Virus record (IMG/VR): IMGVR_UViG_3300042564_001469
Coordinates: 4,618-68,617 of that record
DNA from: a virus
Taxonomy: Duplodnaviria; Caudoviricetes
Direction: 5' to 3' (one strand)
Length of the DNA: 64,000 bases
Part shown: piece by piece, positions 28,109 through 38,564 of the stretch
Layout: every line of letters starts with the position of its first letter
Numbering within the stretch: position 1 is the stretch's first letter
Position numbers and translations under genes: made by a program
The notes under the pieces: model-generated
The model's input: only the letters and a program-made list of their open reading frames with translations
Told to the model about the DNA's origin: nothing
Database searches by the model: none

Positions 28109-28828
28109 ATGACAAGTAGAAAAAAAACAAGTGAAGAAACAACACAACCAATATCAAAAAAAGATTTTATTAATTCAGTTATAAAAAAACGACAAAAAAA
28201 TAAGTTTTTAACTGAAAGTCAAAAAGTTTATTATGACAAATTAATGGAGAACGAAATTACCATTTGTTCTGGGCCTGCTGGTACAGGAAAAAGTTATATC
28301 TCACTAAAAGCAGCCATTGACCTATTATTAGACCCAACAAACTCATATGAGAAACTTATGATTGTGAGACCGGCGGTTGAAAGTAGTTCATCGTCTTTAG
28401 GTAGTTTACCTGGTGATTTAAGGGAAAAAATGGGTCCATATGTTTATTCGTCATTATCTCTATTAGACAAATTGATTGGTAAGGAAGCAACAACCAAACT
28501 AGAAGAGAGTGGTGTTTTAGAAATTATGTCATTATCATTTCTTAGAGGGTTTAACGCGGACAATATGATCCTAATTTTTGAAGAAAGTCAGAACTCAACA
28601 CCCGCCGAAATGAAAATGCTACTAACTAGAATTGGTTTTAATTCTAAATTTTTTATATCTGGTGATGTTGAACAATCTGATAAATTTAGAAAAAAAGAAT
28701 TATCTGGTCTATATGACGCAATAATTAGACTTAATGATGTTAATAAAATTGGTATGTTTGAATTTCACATTAATGATGTTGTTAGAAACCCAATTATTAA
28801 AGAAATCCTCAAACGATACGAAGAATAA
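28109..28828 (+). CDS. phoH: PhoH-like ATPase
   Basis: GPAGTGKS, RPAVE, LGSLPGDL, LRG, EESQN, LTRIG, GDVEQSD, VRNPII. Confidence 0.92.
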   Translation: MTSRKKTSEETTQPISKKDFINSVIKKRQKNKFLTESQKVYYDKLMENEITICSGPAGTGKSYISLKAAIDLLLDPTNSYEKLMIVRPAVESSSSSLGSLPGDLREKMGPYVYSSLSLLDKLIGKEATTKLEESGVLEIMSLSFLRGFNADNMILIFEESQNSTPAEMKMLLTRIGFNSKFFISGDVEQSDKFRKKELSGLYDAIIRLNDVNKIGMFEFHINDVVRNPIIKEILKRYEE

Positions 28829-28862
28829 TTCACTTTATTGGTTATTTTGATATAATTTTAAT

Positions 28863-29522
28863 ATGAAGAAATTAGGAATTGAAGTTAATGGCGTTTTACG
28901 TGACACCATTGAAAAGTTTACACAAATTTATCAAAAAAATTTAATTGATAACAATCAGAACGAGTTTGTTGGTCAAACTTTTAAAATTGATATATCTGGT
29001 AATACAGAGGAAATTACAAAAGTAGAACCACACAATTATGAAATATTAAGTGATGTGACATCATTAGATTTAACATCACATTTTTCATTTAAAAATCAAG
29101 ATGAACTATATTCGTTTATGTATGAAGATTATACGATGGAATTATTTGGTCATGCACCATCAACAGAACTTAATACTTTTAATTTATTAAATGAAATTTA
29201 TTATGATTTAAGAGATAAATATGACTTGACAATACTATCTGATGAAATCGGTAAATCAAAACCAGCGACATTATTTTTCTTATCAAAATTTGGTTGTTTA
29301 TTAGAAAAAATAGTTTTTTATAGTGAATCAACAAAAAATATCATTTGGGATGAAATTGACATTTTACTTACAGCGAATCCTACCTTATTATTAACTAAAC
29401 CAGTAGATAAAATTTTAATTAAATTTAATACTGAATACAATAAACACATAGATTCAGAATATGAAATAAATTCATTGTCTGAATTTAAAGGAGTACTTGA
29501 AAAAATAACACAATATGTTTAA
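28863..29522 (+). CDS. HAD 5'(3')-nucleotidase-like protein with degenerate motif I
   Basis: KLGIEVNGVLRD aligns with IxIDxDGVLxD; FNTEYNKH tail. Confidence 0.5.
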   Translation: MKKLGIEVNGVLRDTIEKFTQIYQKNLIDNNQNEFVGQTFKIDISGNTEEITKVEPHNYEILSDVTSLDLTSHFSFKNQDELYSFMYEDYTMELFGHAPSTELNTFNLLNEIYYDLRDKYDLTILSDEIGKSKPATLFFLSKFGCLLEKIVFYSESTKNIIWDEIDILLTANPTLLLTKPVDKILIKFNTEYNKHIDSEYEINSLSEFKGVLEKITQYV

Positions 29523-29769
29523 AGTCATTAATGAAAATTACTACGTGGATCTAGACAAAATTGAAGAATACACTAGTTTAAAATCTGTTTCAGGAGAAAC
29601 ACAAGTTCATTTCGTGAAATACGAAACAATAAAATTAATGTTGGAGATTATCCTTAGTGAACCAGAAGAAATTGACGAACAAATGGGTTTTAAATCAGCA
29701 AGCACACCAATACCATTTAAATTAGCATTCAACACCCTATTAATGAAGGGTATAATTAATAAACTATAA
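29515..29769 (+). CDS. hypothetical protein
   Basis: Overlap-coupled ORF. Confidence 0.65.
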   Translation: MFKVINENYYVDLDKIEEYTSLKSVSGETQVHFVKYETIKLMLEIILSEPEEIDEQMGFKSASTPIPFKLAFNTLLMKGIINKL

Positions 29770-29774
29770 AAAAT

Positions 29775-30836
29775 ATGAATCAAGAACAAATTTCAAAAGT
29801 AGAACGTTCTATTGAGAACATGCGAAACAAACAAAATCGGATTTATTTTTTGGTACAAGACACTAAAGGAAACGCTAAGGCTTCTGTTAGATATATTTAC
29901 CAAATGGCGATGTCCTTAAAAGAATCTGGATATAATTCCATTATATTACACGAAAAACCAGATTACCAAGGTGTGTCTGAGTGGTTAGGTGAACACTATA
30001 TGACAGAGTTACCACATAAATCAATTGACGGTACTAGTCTTGAGATTTCACCAGAAGATTTATTGGTTATACCAGAAATCTATGGTTTTGTTATGGAACA
30101 AATTAAAAACGCACCTTGTGGTAAAATCGTTCTTTGTCAATCATACGATTATATTTTTGATGGTTTACAACCAGGTGAGAATTGGTCAAATTTTGGTTTT
30201 TTAAAATGTATTACAACATCACAAAGACAAAAAGAATGGGTAGAAAAAACAATGAGAAATGTTTCTGTTGATGTTGTTGAACCAGTAATTACTGACAACT
30301 TCAAAAAACAAGCATTACCTCCTAAAACAATTATTAATATCCATACAAGAGATCATAGAGATACTACAAACACAATTAAAGCGTTTTATTCTAGGTTTCC
30401 ACAATATAGATGGTTTACCTTTAGAGATTTAAGAGGATTGTCTGAAGAAGAATTTGCACAAAGAATGTCTGAAAGTTTTGTTTCAGTTTGGGTTGATGAT
30501 AATTCCGCTTATGGTACGTTTCCACTAGAATCAATTAAAATGGGAATTCCTGTTGTTGGTGTAGTACCAAATATGATTCCAGAATGGATGAACGAAAACA
30601 ATGGTATTTGGATTAACAATAAAAATATTTTAGTTGATGTTATCGCAGACTACATCCAAAATTGGTTAGAGGATAATGTTAGTCCCGAATTATACACTGA
30701 AATGGATAAAACAGCGGAGTCATTAATAACAAGTGAAACATTCACAGAAAACGTAGTATCAACGTTTGATAAAATGATTACAACAAGATTAACTAGTTTT
30801 GAAGAACAATTAAATAAATTAGAAACAATTGAATAA
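29775..30836 (+). CDS. GT-B glycosyltransferase-like protein
   Basis: DLLVIPEI, YGTFPLESIKMGIPVVG (EGFGLPxxEAM-like). Confidence 0.68.
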   Translation: MNQEQISKVERSIENMRNKQNRIYFLVQDTKGNAKASVRYIYQMAMSLKESGYNSIILHEKPDYQGVSEWLGEHYMTELPHKSIDGTSLEISPEDLLVIPEIYGFVMEQIKNAPCGKIVLCQSYDYIFDGLQPGENWSNFGFLKCITTSQRQKEWVEKTMRNVSVDVVEPVITDNFKKQALPPKTIINIHTRDHRDTTNTIKAFYSRFPQYRWFTFRDLRGLSEEEFAQRMSESFVSVWVDDNSAYGTFPLESIKMGIPVVGVVPNMIPEWMNENNGIWINNKNILVDVIADYIQNWLEDNVSPELYTEMDKTAESLITSETFTENVVSTFDKMITTRLTSFEEQLNKLETIE

Positions 30837-30837
30837 T

Positions 30838-31638
30838 ATGGAAAATAAAATATCAGTAGTATTACCAATTAAAAGTGGTAAATTAGCACAATTTGATGAA
30901 TACTTCGCAAAAAGTGTGTTGTCAGTTAAAAATCAAGAATCATATGTTAATGAATTAGTGATAGTTCATACTGATGAGGATTTGTTAGTTAATTTTTTAG
31001 ACAAATTTGACTTTAGTGGTTTAACAGTTAATCGTGTTTTATGGACAGAAAGTCCTAGTTTTGCAGAACAAGTTAACGAAGGTGTTAAACAATCAACAAG
31101 TAAATGGGTGTCGTTATTAGAATTTGACGATGAATATTCAAATATTTGGTTTAAAAACGTTAAAAATTATATGGATATTTACAAATCTGTTGATGCGTTT
31201 TTACCAATTGTTGTTGATGTTGATGAAAAAGGTGTTTTCGCAGGGTTTACAAACGAAGCAACTTTTGCTGCAAACTTTACAACTGAGATGGGTATCTTAA
31301 CAAACGAAACATTACAGACATATCAAAACTTCCAAATATCGGGTCTTGTTATCAGTAAGGATAAATTTTTAGAATATGGTGGATTTAAATCAAATATGAA
31401 ATTAACATTTGGTTATGAGTTCTTTTTACGAATGACAAATTCATCAGTTAACTTTATGACAATACCAAAAATCGGTTACAAACATATGAATATGCGTGAA
31501 GGATCTATATTTTGGAATTACAAGTATAGTGAAGACAGATTGGTTGAGGATGAGGTAAAATTTTGGATTGATTCAGCAAGAAAGGAATATTTATTTATTA
31601 CTCAACGAGAGATAAATTATGACCCCCAAGAAGTTTAA
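30838..31638 (+). CDS. GT2-like glycosyltransferase
   Basis: ISVVLPI, VNEGV, LLEFDDEY, GGFK, EFFLRM. Confidence 0.7.
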   Translation: MENKISVVLPIKSGKLAQFDEYFAKSVLSVKNQESYVNELVIVHTDEDLLVNFLDKFDFSGLTVNRVLWTESPSFAEQVNEGVKQSTSKWVSLLEFDDEYSNIWFKNVKNYMDIYKSVDAFLPIVVDVDEKGVFAGFTNEATFAANFTTEMGILTNETLQTYQNFQISGLVISKDKFLEYGGFKSNMKLTFGYEFFLRMTNSSVNFMTIPKIGYKHMNMREGSIFWNYKYSEDRLVEDEVKFWIDSARKEYLFITQREINYDPQEV

Positions 31639-32387
31639 TGTCAGAAAATGAAGGATCACTAGAACAAGGAATTGAAAAGAAAAAGAAAGGTCGTAAACCA
31701 ACTCAAAAAAATTATTTTGATGAACCAGAAGAAAATGCTGTTAGAGAGTTTCTAATAACAACTTCAGTTGATGAAAAAAATAAAATCTATAATGAGTTTT
31801 TAAAAGAACCTTTAGACAAAATGATTTCGTCAATAATTAGACGATACAAATTATATAGGAAAGATATGGACTTCAATGAAGTCCATATGGATACACATTC
31901 GTTTTTGATGACTAAAATTGATAAATTTAAACCATCAAAAGAAAAAAAAGCATATTCTTATTTTGGTACTATTTGTAAAAACTATCTAATGGGTCAAATA
32001 CAAAAAGACCAAAAAGAAACAAATAGAAAAATTTCGTATGAAGATATATCTAGTGATTTAGATGGGTTACCTAGTATGGTTTATTATATTGATAATGATG
32101 ATGTGACGACAGAACAAGTCATTATCAAATTTTTAGATGAACTTAAAACTATGTTAGATGATGAGTCAATGATTGATGAAGAAAGAAGACTAGGAGCTGC
32201 GTTGTATGACATATTCTCAAATTATACAAATATATTCCAGGAAACGACAAATAACAATAAGTTCAATAAAAATATTATATTGTTTGAATTACGTGAAATG
32301 ACAAATCTTTCAACAAAGGAAATTAGAGTTTCAATTAAAAAATACAAAAAAATATACACAAAAATAATTAACGAAATATATAAATAA
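31638..32387 (+). CDS. gp55: gp55-like phage late sigma factor
   Basis: NYF...KFKPSKEKKAYSYFGTICKNYLMGQIQKDQK parallels the gp55-family NFDPEKSKNPFAYFTQI...RIQKEKK region. Confidence 0.62.
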   Translation: MSENEGSLEQGIEKKKKGRKPTQKNYFDEPEENAVREFLITTSVDEKNKIYNEFLKEPLDKMISSIIRRYKLYRKDMDFNEVHMDTHSFLMTKIDKFKPSKEKKAYSYFGTICKNYLMGQIQKDQKETNRKISYEDISSDLDGLPSMVYYIDNDDVTTEQVIIKFLDELKTMLDDESMIDEERRLGAALYDIFSNYTNIFQETTNNNKFNKNIILFELREMTNLSTKEIRVSIKKYKKIYTKIINEIYK

Positions 32388-32399
32388 CTATTTATTGTT

Positions 32400-32768
32400 A
32401 TGGGTAGACCGGCAAAAAAAGAAATAACAACATCAAAAGAATCGATAATCTCGTTAATGCAAGAAATCTATAATGAACTTGTTGAACAACGTAATACTGC
32501 AATTCGTATACAAAATAAAATGTTAACAATGATGAAAGAACCTGAAGATATGACATTGATTGGTCCCGTTATTGAAAAACAACAAAAGATTATTAACGAT
32601 TGTGTTGAAAAAAAATTATCGTTATCTAAATTACAAACACAAATTTGGCAAAAATCGTCAATGAAAGAAGAAGATAATTTCACATTATCAGATTTAGATT
32701 TAGATGACGAAATAATGAAATCGTTAATAGATAAAGACACATCAACAAATTATAAATTAAATAAATAA
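32400..32768 (+). CDS. coiled-coil hypothetical protein
   Basis: First ORF after the TATTTAT motif at 32389. Confidence 0.7.
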   Translation: MGRPAKKEITTSKESIISLMQEIYNELVEQRNTAIRIQNKMLTMMKEPEDMTLIGPVIEKQQKIINDCVEKKLSLSKLQTQIWQKSSMKEEDNFTLSDLDLDDEIMKSLIDKDTSTNYKLNK

Positions 32769-32769
32769 A

Positions 32770-34680
32770 ATGCCAGTACCAGATATTAATGATGGGTTTA
32801 AATCAATTTCTGACAAAGTTACAACAAACAAAAAATATAAAAAAATAAAAGATGATGTTGATAACTTAAAAAAGAAAGCGGGTTCGTCGTTTGAAAAAGC
32901 GAGCGACAAAACCTCAACGACTTTATCTGAAGCGTCTAATTTAAAAAAGAAATACCAAAAAAATTTAAAAACCCAATTAGACAATTTACTTGAATTAAAG
33001 TTTTTATCAACAGGGTCTGGTAATAATACAAAACAATATTTAAAAAAATCGTTTGTCAAAGCGATTAAAGAATTACAACCAAAAATAATTGAATTATTAA
33101 ATCAGGAAGTTATTAAAACCATTGGTTGTTCTCAAGATCAAACATACATTAATCAAACATTATATATTCGTGTAAAGGCGATTGATTTACAGAATTTATT
33201 ACGAGAAGACCCAGCAAGTGATATTGGTAAGGTTTTATATGAAAAGGAAGATGTTCAATTTTTTAACTATCCGTTTGCGATGAATAAAGAATTATATAAC
33301 AGAATCCAAAATATTAATCAACCATTTTCAACTGTAGCGGGACAGTCATATAAAGGAAAATCAGGTCAAGAACTTTTTGACATAACATATGTTGAGAGTT
33401 ATGTTGACACAACAACACTTCAAACAATACAAGGAAGTTTTTTTAAAATAGACTTAAAAAATAGAGTTAGTGTTAACAAAATTACTGAATTCTTAAAAGA
33501 TTATTATTCAACTATAACATTTATTGAATATAAAAACTTTTTCGCAAACTTAATGAATCAATTAAGTGGTGCGATATCAATACAAAAGGGTGATGGTAAA
33601 TTAGATCTTGGTGATTTCCAAAAAGTATTGTTGATATTACAAAGAATACTTGGACTATGTTTTGATAAAACAAAAGAAATTGACGTTTCAGGTACTGCTA
33701 AATTATCTGAAAGCGACGGTATTGATGAATCGTTTTTTGAATTTACCGAAATTGACTTACGTATTATTGATCAAACAATATCTGATATTAAACTTGGTGT
33801 TGTTGAATTTGAAGAATGTGACACCGTTAAATTACCAGTGAATTCTAGTGATATTTTGACAGCGATAAACAATTTAAATTTTGAAGGTGATGATAATAAC
33901 AACGCGATAGACCAGTCAAGTAATATTACTGATGTTTTAACTGAAAATCCAGGTTGGTTTCCACTTAAAATTAATATTGATTTGTCCTTCTTAAAGGAAT
34001 TCCCAAAGGCGGTTGTTATGACATTATTATCACCAAAAGTTTTATTACCATTATTTATTGCAATTAAAGCATTAGGTGAAAATGTTGATAATCAAATAAA
34101 TTCTTTTATGGATTTTGTAAAACAATTTAAGTCATTTATAGTTAGTCTAACATCTAAAATCAGTGCATTATTTATTGAGATACTTGTTGATATAATTAAA
34201 AAAGATATCAAAAATTTAATAAGATCTATTATTTCTGACATAACAAATGAGAAATTAAGATTACGTTTAGAGGTTATTCGTTCATTAACAGAGGTGTTAT
34301 TAGCGGTTTTAAATTTGGTTAAAGATTTTAGAGAATGTAAAAGTGTTATTGATGAATTACTTGGGTTATTAAAATTGGCAAATAAAGGTTTTGGTAATAG
34401 TATACCATATCCATTATTATTGAGTTCGGAATTACTGGATGGTTATTCATCAACAAGAGCATTTTTGAACGTTATTGGTGAGTTTGAGAAATTAGGCTTA
34501 CCTACTGGTCCTATGCCTGATGGTAGTCCAAACCTAATGTTAGCGTCAATTAAAGGGATGATGGACGGAATGGATAAAGAAGAAGCACAAAATGGTAAGT
34601 ACGCAATTGCGGTTAAACCTTTAGCCGTATTACCAATTGGTATAACACAAGGACAAACTGTTTATGGAAAAAAAATATAA
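32770..34680 (+). CDS. large hypothetical protein, probably virion/baseplate associated
   Basis: 636 aa, in operon with the gp5-like gene. Confidence 0.6.
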   Translation: MPVPDINDGFKSISDKVTTNKKYKKIKDDVDNLKKKAGSSFEKASDKTSTTLSEASNLKKKYQKNLKTQLDNLLELKFLSTGSGNNTKQYLKKSFVKAIKELQPKIIELLNQEVIKTIGCSQDQTYINQTLYIRVKAIDLQNLLREDPASDIGKVLYEKEDVQFFNYPFAMNKELYNRIQNINQPFSTVAGQSYKGKSGQELFDITYVESYVDTTTLQTIQGSFFKIDLKNRVSVNKITEFLKDYYSTITFIEYKNFFANLMNQLSGAISIQKGDGKLDLGDFQKVLLILQRILGLCFDKTKEIDVSGTAKLSESDGIDESFFEFTEIDLRIIDQTISDIKLGVVEFEECDTVKLPVNSSDILTAINNLNFEGDDNNNAIDQSSNITDVLTENPGWFPLKINIDLSFLKEFPKAVVMTLLSPKVLLPLFIAIKALGENVDNQINSFMDFVKQFKSFIVSLTSKISALFIEILVDIIKKDIKNLIRSIISDITNEKLRLRLEVIRSLTEVLLAVLNLVKDFRECKSVIDELLGLLKLANKGFGNSIPYPLLLSSELLDGYSSTRAFLNVIGEFEKLGLPTGPMPDGSPNLMLASIKGMMDGMDKEEAQNGKYAIAVKPLAVLPIGITQGQTVYGKKI

Positions 34681-34681
34681 T

Positions 34682-34897
34682 ATGGATAAAGTTGAATCAA
34701 CAAAAGTTATTGAAATTATTAAAGATTATAAATCTAGGTCAAATAAAGATTTAGTTTTGGTGTTAGAATTTGTTAAAAAAGATTATGAACTAACCAAAGA
34801 AAGTTTATTAAAATTAACAGAACACTTAGATAAGTTAGAAATAACATATAATACAATATTAAAAGAATATGAGTCTAGAAACGTGGTTCCAAAATAA
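34682..34897 (+). CDS. small coiled-coil protein
   Basis: Tightly packed ORF. Confidence 0.6.
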   Translation: MDKVESTKVIEIIKDYKSRSNKDLVLVLEFVKKDYELTKESLLKLTEHLDKLEITYNTILKEYESRNVVPK

Positions 34898-36398
34898 GGT
34901 ATTATTTCAAGGATATGTAAATGACAATAAAGACCCAAAAATGTTGGGTAGAATTCGTGTTGTTCCAACATTTGAAAGGTATACTGATGGTTTACCCGAA
35001 AATTGGGACGAAACTAAAGATAAATGGACTGCTAGAGACCCATATATCTGTTTACCACTTTTACCATATTATATTAATCAAGTACCAAAAGAACAAGAAT
35101 ATGTTAATATTTTGTTTTATGATAAACGAGAGCGTTTAGATAACAGTAAATTCTATATTCAAGGACCAATCACAAAACCACAAAATAATTTTTTTGAGTT
35201 ATATAGTAACTCACAATCAATGTTAGCCAGTGGTGAATTTTTAAAACAAACCGATGATTTAAAAAATCGTGAAACAGGTGTTACAAAACCCCAAATTTTT
35301 GGGATATATCCAGAACCAGGTGATAACGCATTACTTGGACGTGGGACATCAGATCTTGTTGTTCGTGAGGATTATGTATTGATGAGGTCTGGTAAAATTG
35401 TACAAGGGAATAATGAGTTACCAATACCTAATGATAAACGAGCGTTTGTCCAAGTGTCAACGTTTGGTTTGGAAAAAGTTCAAAGTGGTACAACTAAAGT
35501 TACAAATGTAATTCAAGAAGTTAAATATGTTAAGAATTTTGTTGAGTGGGAAATAGATAATTTATCCACAACTGGGAATACATTTGATGGGACAATAAAA
35601 TTATATAGTTTAGTTGAAGATGAAAATACAAAACATTTTAGACTATTTCTAACAACAGATTTAACAAATTATATTTCAAACACACTGTATGAATTAAAGT
35701 TCACGGGTAAAACAAGTGATGAAACAATTTCATTAATTAATCAATTTATACAAGGTGTTAATAATGGTAAAATCAATATTAATGGTTACACAACATATCC
35801 AGCACAAGATGGTTTAACATTAGAAAATCAATTTCCGTTTTACTATAGACCAACAATAACAAACACAAATATTACAAATTTAGCGAGTACGACAGGACAA
35901 ACTGACGAACAAAATTTTACAATAATATATGATAATGTCAAATTAATTCAATCGGTACCAAATGGTGGTTATGGTTTAGTTTGGTCAAAAGACGTGTTTG
36001 GTGAACAACCAACAATTAAAACAGATACGATTGATGTTACAGGGTTTAAACAAACACCAGTGACATATAGTACAATGGGTGGTGATTTCCTATATCTGTT
36101 GTCGCATAAATCAAAAATACCATCAAAAGGTGAAATTGATTTGAAAGAAACTTTATATGGTATAAATCAAGAAAGATTTACAAACGAAATTCAATTAAAA
36201 ACGGATCCGATGGTAAGAGGTGATCAATTAATGGAGTTAATAACTTTAATTGTTGATTACTTAGCATCACACGTCCACCCCTTTCCAGGTATTGCTCCAA
36301 TATCAATTTCAACAGATGGCACATCAATAGAAACTATTAGACAAAAACTTTTAGATAAAGATAATACGATTTTAAATCAAAATATTCGGATTAATTGA
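34869..36398 (+). CDS. gp5/Vgr-like baseplate hub (OB-fold N-terminus)
   Basis: GYVNDNKDPKMLGRIRV...PLLP...VPKEQEYVNILF; C-terminal VRGDQL...SHVHP. Confidence 0.65.
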   Translation: MSLETWFQNKVLFQGYVNDNKDPKMLGRIRVVPTFERYTDGLPENWDETKDKWTARDPYICLPLLPYYINQVPKEQEYVNILFYDKRERLDNSKFYIQGPITKPQNNFFELYSNSQSMLASGEFLKQTDDLKNRETGVTKPQIFGIYPEPGDNALLGRGTSDLVVREDYVLMRSGKIVQGNNELPIPNDKRAFVQVSTFGLEKVQSGTTKVTNVIQEVKYVKNFVEWEIDNLSTTGNTFDGTIKLYSLVEDENTKHFRLFLTTDLTNYISNTLYELKFTGKTSDETISLINQFIQGVNNGKININGYTTYPAQDGLTLENQFPFYYRPTITNTNITNLASTTGQTDEQNFTIIYDNVKLIQSVPNGGYGLVWSKDVFGEQPTIKTDTIDVTGFKQTPVTYSTMGGDFLYLLSHKSKIPSKGEIDLKETLYGINQERFTNEIQLKTDPMVRGDQLMELITLIVDYLASHVHPFPGIAPISISTDGTSIETIRQKLLDKDNTILNQNIRIN

Positions 36399-36418
36399 TA
36401 TTTATTAAAAAAAAGTAA

Positions 36419-37879
36419 ATGTCAATTAATAATTCATATTTTAGTAGAAATAATACATTAATCTCAAATAGTTTTGTAAACACTGGTAGAAATCCAGTTG
36501 TTGATTTATTTTATGGCGATAGTGGTATCTCAAAACCAGTTGGTTTTAGTCGTTTTATTTTTGATTTAGACTTAACGTTATTACGTGAAAAAACAACTCA
36601 AGGTATTATATCTACTGGTTGTACATCAAATATGAAACATATTTTGAGAATGACAAACACAAGTTATTTTGATAAAGACTCTTTAAATGGTACAACGTCA
36701 CAACAACGATTACGAGCAACATCTTTTGATTTAATTTTATTTAGAATACCATATGCTGATTTTGATTCGGATCAACCACAAATTTGGGACGAAGGTGTTG
36801 GTTATGATTATTACGATGTTAATACTGAAGTACCTAACGATAAAAATTATTCAGACAGACCATCAAATTGGTATCAAACAACAACAATTGGTACTTGGGA
36901 ACAACCAGGTATTTATGATAACAATAATGGTGGTTCATTCCCATATTCGGGTCTTACAATTGTTGATACACAACATTTTGAATTCGGTGACGAAAACGTT
37001 GAATTTGATATGACAAATGAAATTAATAACTTACTACAAGGTGGAATACCAAATTGTGTTGGTTGGGGAGTTGCGTATTTACCACAAGTTGAGAATTTGA
37101 ATGGTACCACTAACGCATATTCTGTTGGGTTTTTTACAAGACACACGCAAACATTTTACGAACCATTTTTGGAAACGACATATGATGATCTAATTGAAGA
37201 TGATCGTAATTCATTTTCACTTGGTAAAACAAATAAATTATATTTATACGTTTATGAGGATGGTGACTTTAAAAATTTAGACACACCACCAAAAGTAACA
37301 ATAACAGATTCTTCTGGTGACCCAATCGCAGGTTTAATTAATCTAACCGCGTGTACAAGAACAAAAGGTATTTACGAAATTACAATACCACCATTAATCG
37401 GATACAAAACACCTTGTACGTTTCAAGACATATGGTCTGACTTAACGATAAATGGATTTTCATTACCCAATGTTTATAATGATTTTGTTTTATACCCAAT
37501 ACAGAAAAACATTCAGATCGGTACCTCAACTAACGATCCGTCAATATATGGTTTTGACTTTTTTGGTATTAAACAAGATGAAAAAATATTAAACACAGAT
37601 TTAAGAAAAGTTGGTGTGATTATCAAACAAGCCTATACAACAAATAAAATGTTACCAAAGGTTGAAGGATTTTATCGTGTTTATGTTAGAGAAGGAAATA
37701 CTGAAGTACAAGTACAAGATTGGTCAAAACTAAACCGATCACCAAATGAATATTATTTTATGTTTGATACTAGAGATAAAATACCAAACGAATATTATAT
37801 AGATTTAAAAGTGATTTCTTCTGGTGAAGTAAATACTTATAAAAGAACAATAAAATTTCAAATAGTTAATAAAAAATAA
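36419..37879 (+). CDS. putative virion structural protein
   Basis: Beta-rich; WDEGVGYDY, FDMTNEIN, FFTRHTQTFYEPFLE; late motif upstream. Confidence 0.6.
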   Translation: MSINNSYFSRNNTLISNSFVNTGRNPVVDLFYGDSGISKPVGFSRFIFDLDLTLLREKTTQGIISTGCTSNMKHILRMTNTSYFDKDSLNGTTSQQRLRATSFDLILFRIPYADFDSDQPQIWDEGVGYDYYDVNTEVPNDKNYSDRPSNWYQTTTIGTWEQPGIYDNNNGGSFPYSGLTIVDTQHFEFGDENVEFDMTNEINNLLQGGIPNCVGWGVAYLPQVENLNGTTNAYSVGFFTRHTQTFYEPFLETTYDDLIEDDRNSFSLGKTNKLYLYVYEDGDFKNLDTPPKVTITDSSGDPIAGLINLTACTRTKGIYEITIPPLIGYKTPCTFQDIWSDLTINGFSLPNVYNDFVLYPIQKNIQIGTSTNDPSIYGFDFFGIKQDEKILNTDLRKVGVIIKQAYTTNKMLPKVEGFYRVYVREGNTEVQVQDWSKLNRSPNEYYFMFDTRDKIPNEYYIDLKVISSGEVNTYKRTIKFQIVNKK

Positions 37880-37883
37880 AATT

Positions 37884-38066
37884 ATGGAAGAACCAAGAAG
37901 TGCAAATACAGAAACAATCATATGTCAAGAGGTGTGTGATTTAAGTGGGGGTACACGAACTGTATCAGTAATACCACCACACCCAGAATGGACAGATGGA
38001 TATGGAACACAAGTAACACAATTAAATATGGTTGTGATTGGTGGTGTAAACGGTTTAAACTCTTAA
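37884..38066 (+). CDS. small hypothetical protein
   Basis: Fills the gap exactly between neighbours. Confidence 0.6.
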   Translation: MEEPRSANTETIICQEVCDLSGGTRTVSVIPPHPEWTDGYGTQVTQLNMVVIGGVNGLNS

Positions 38067-38068
38067 TT

Positions 38069-38497
38069 ATGAATATAAATAATATAATCAAAAAAGTACT
38101 AAAGGAAGAATCTAAATCTGGTAGATATATGTTTTTTTCTAATTTAGAACAAATGAAACGACAATGTGAAATTCTTTTAGAAAAAGACGAAGATGAGATT
38201 AATTCTATTTTAGAAAATGGTCACGACTGGGCTCAAGATCATATTGCCGAAGCAAAAAACAATATGGATCAGGTATTTGATTTTATTATGAATGAATTTG
38301 AAGGTGAAGACTCTGATGTTATGTTAGAAAACGAAATAACTGAAAAGAAAAAAAAGAACACACCGACAAACCCCGAATTATGGAAAAAATCATTAGCGTG
38401 GGCTAGAGCAAGATATGATGTTTGTCCAAGTGCGTATTGTAATGGTGCCGCGGCAAAACATTATAAAGGTAAAGGTGGTAAGTGGACAAAAAAATAA
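38069..38497 (+). CDS. hypothetical protein with basic C-terminal domain
   Basis: Start at 38069 (MNINNIIKKVLKEE) preferred; PTNPELW...PSAY...KGGKW. Confidence 0.65.
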   Translation: MNINNIIKKVLKEESKSGRYMFFSNLEQMKRQCEILLEKDEDEINSILENGHDWAQDHIAEAKNNMDQVFDFIMNEFEGEDSDVMLENEITEKKKKNTPTNPELWKKSLAWARARYDVCPSAYCNGAAAKHYKGKGGKWTKK

Positions 38498-38533
38498 TTG
38501 TAAAAAAATTGTAGTTAATTAAAATAAAATACA

Positions 38534-38541
38534 TATCTTTG
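38534..38541 (+). promoter_or_regulatory. Bacteroidota-type -7 promoter element TAnnTTTG
   Basis: TATCTTTG 23 nt before the ATG at 38565, with TTG about 22 nt further upstream. Confidence 0.5.
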
Positions 38542-38564
38542 TCAAACATAAAAAAAATGAAGAT

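Noticed and set aside
32378-32385. Canonical sense T4 late promoter TATAAATA
   Set aside because: Lies inside the sigma gene's last codons; sense TATTTAT follows at 32389 and matches the window-wide pattern
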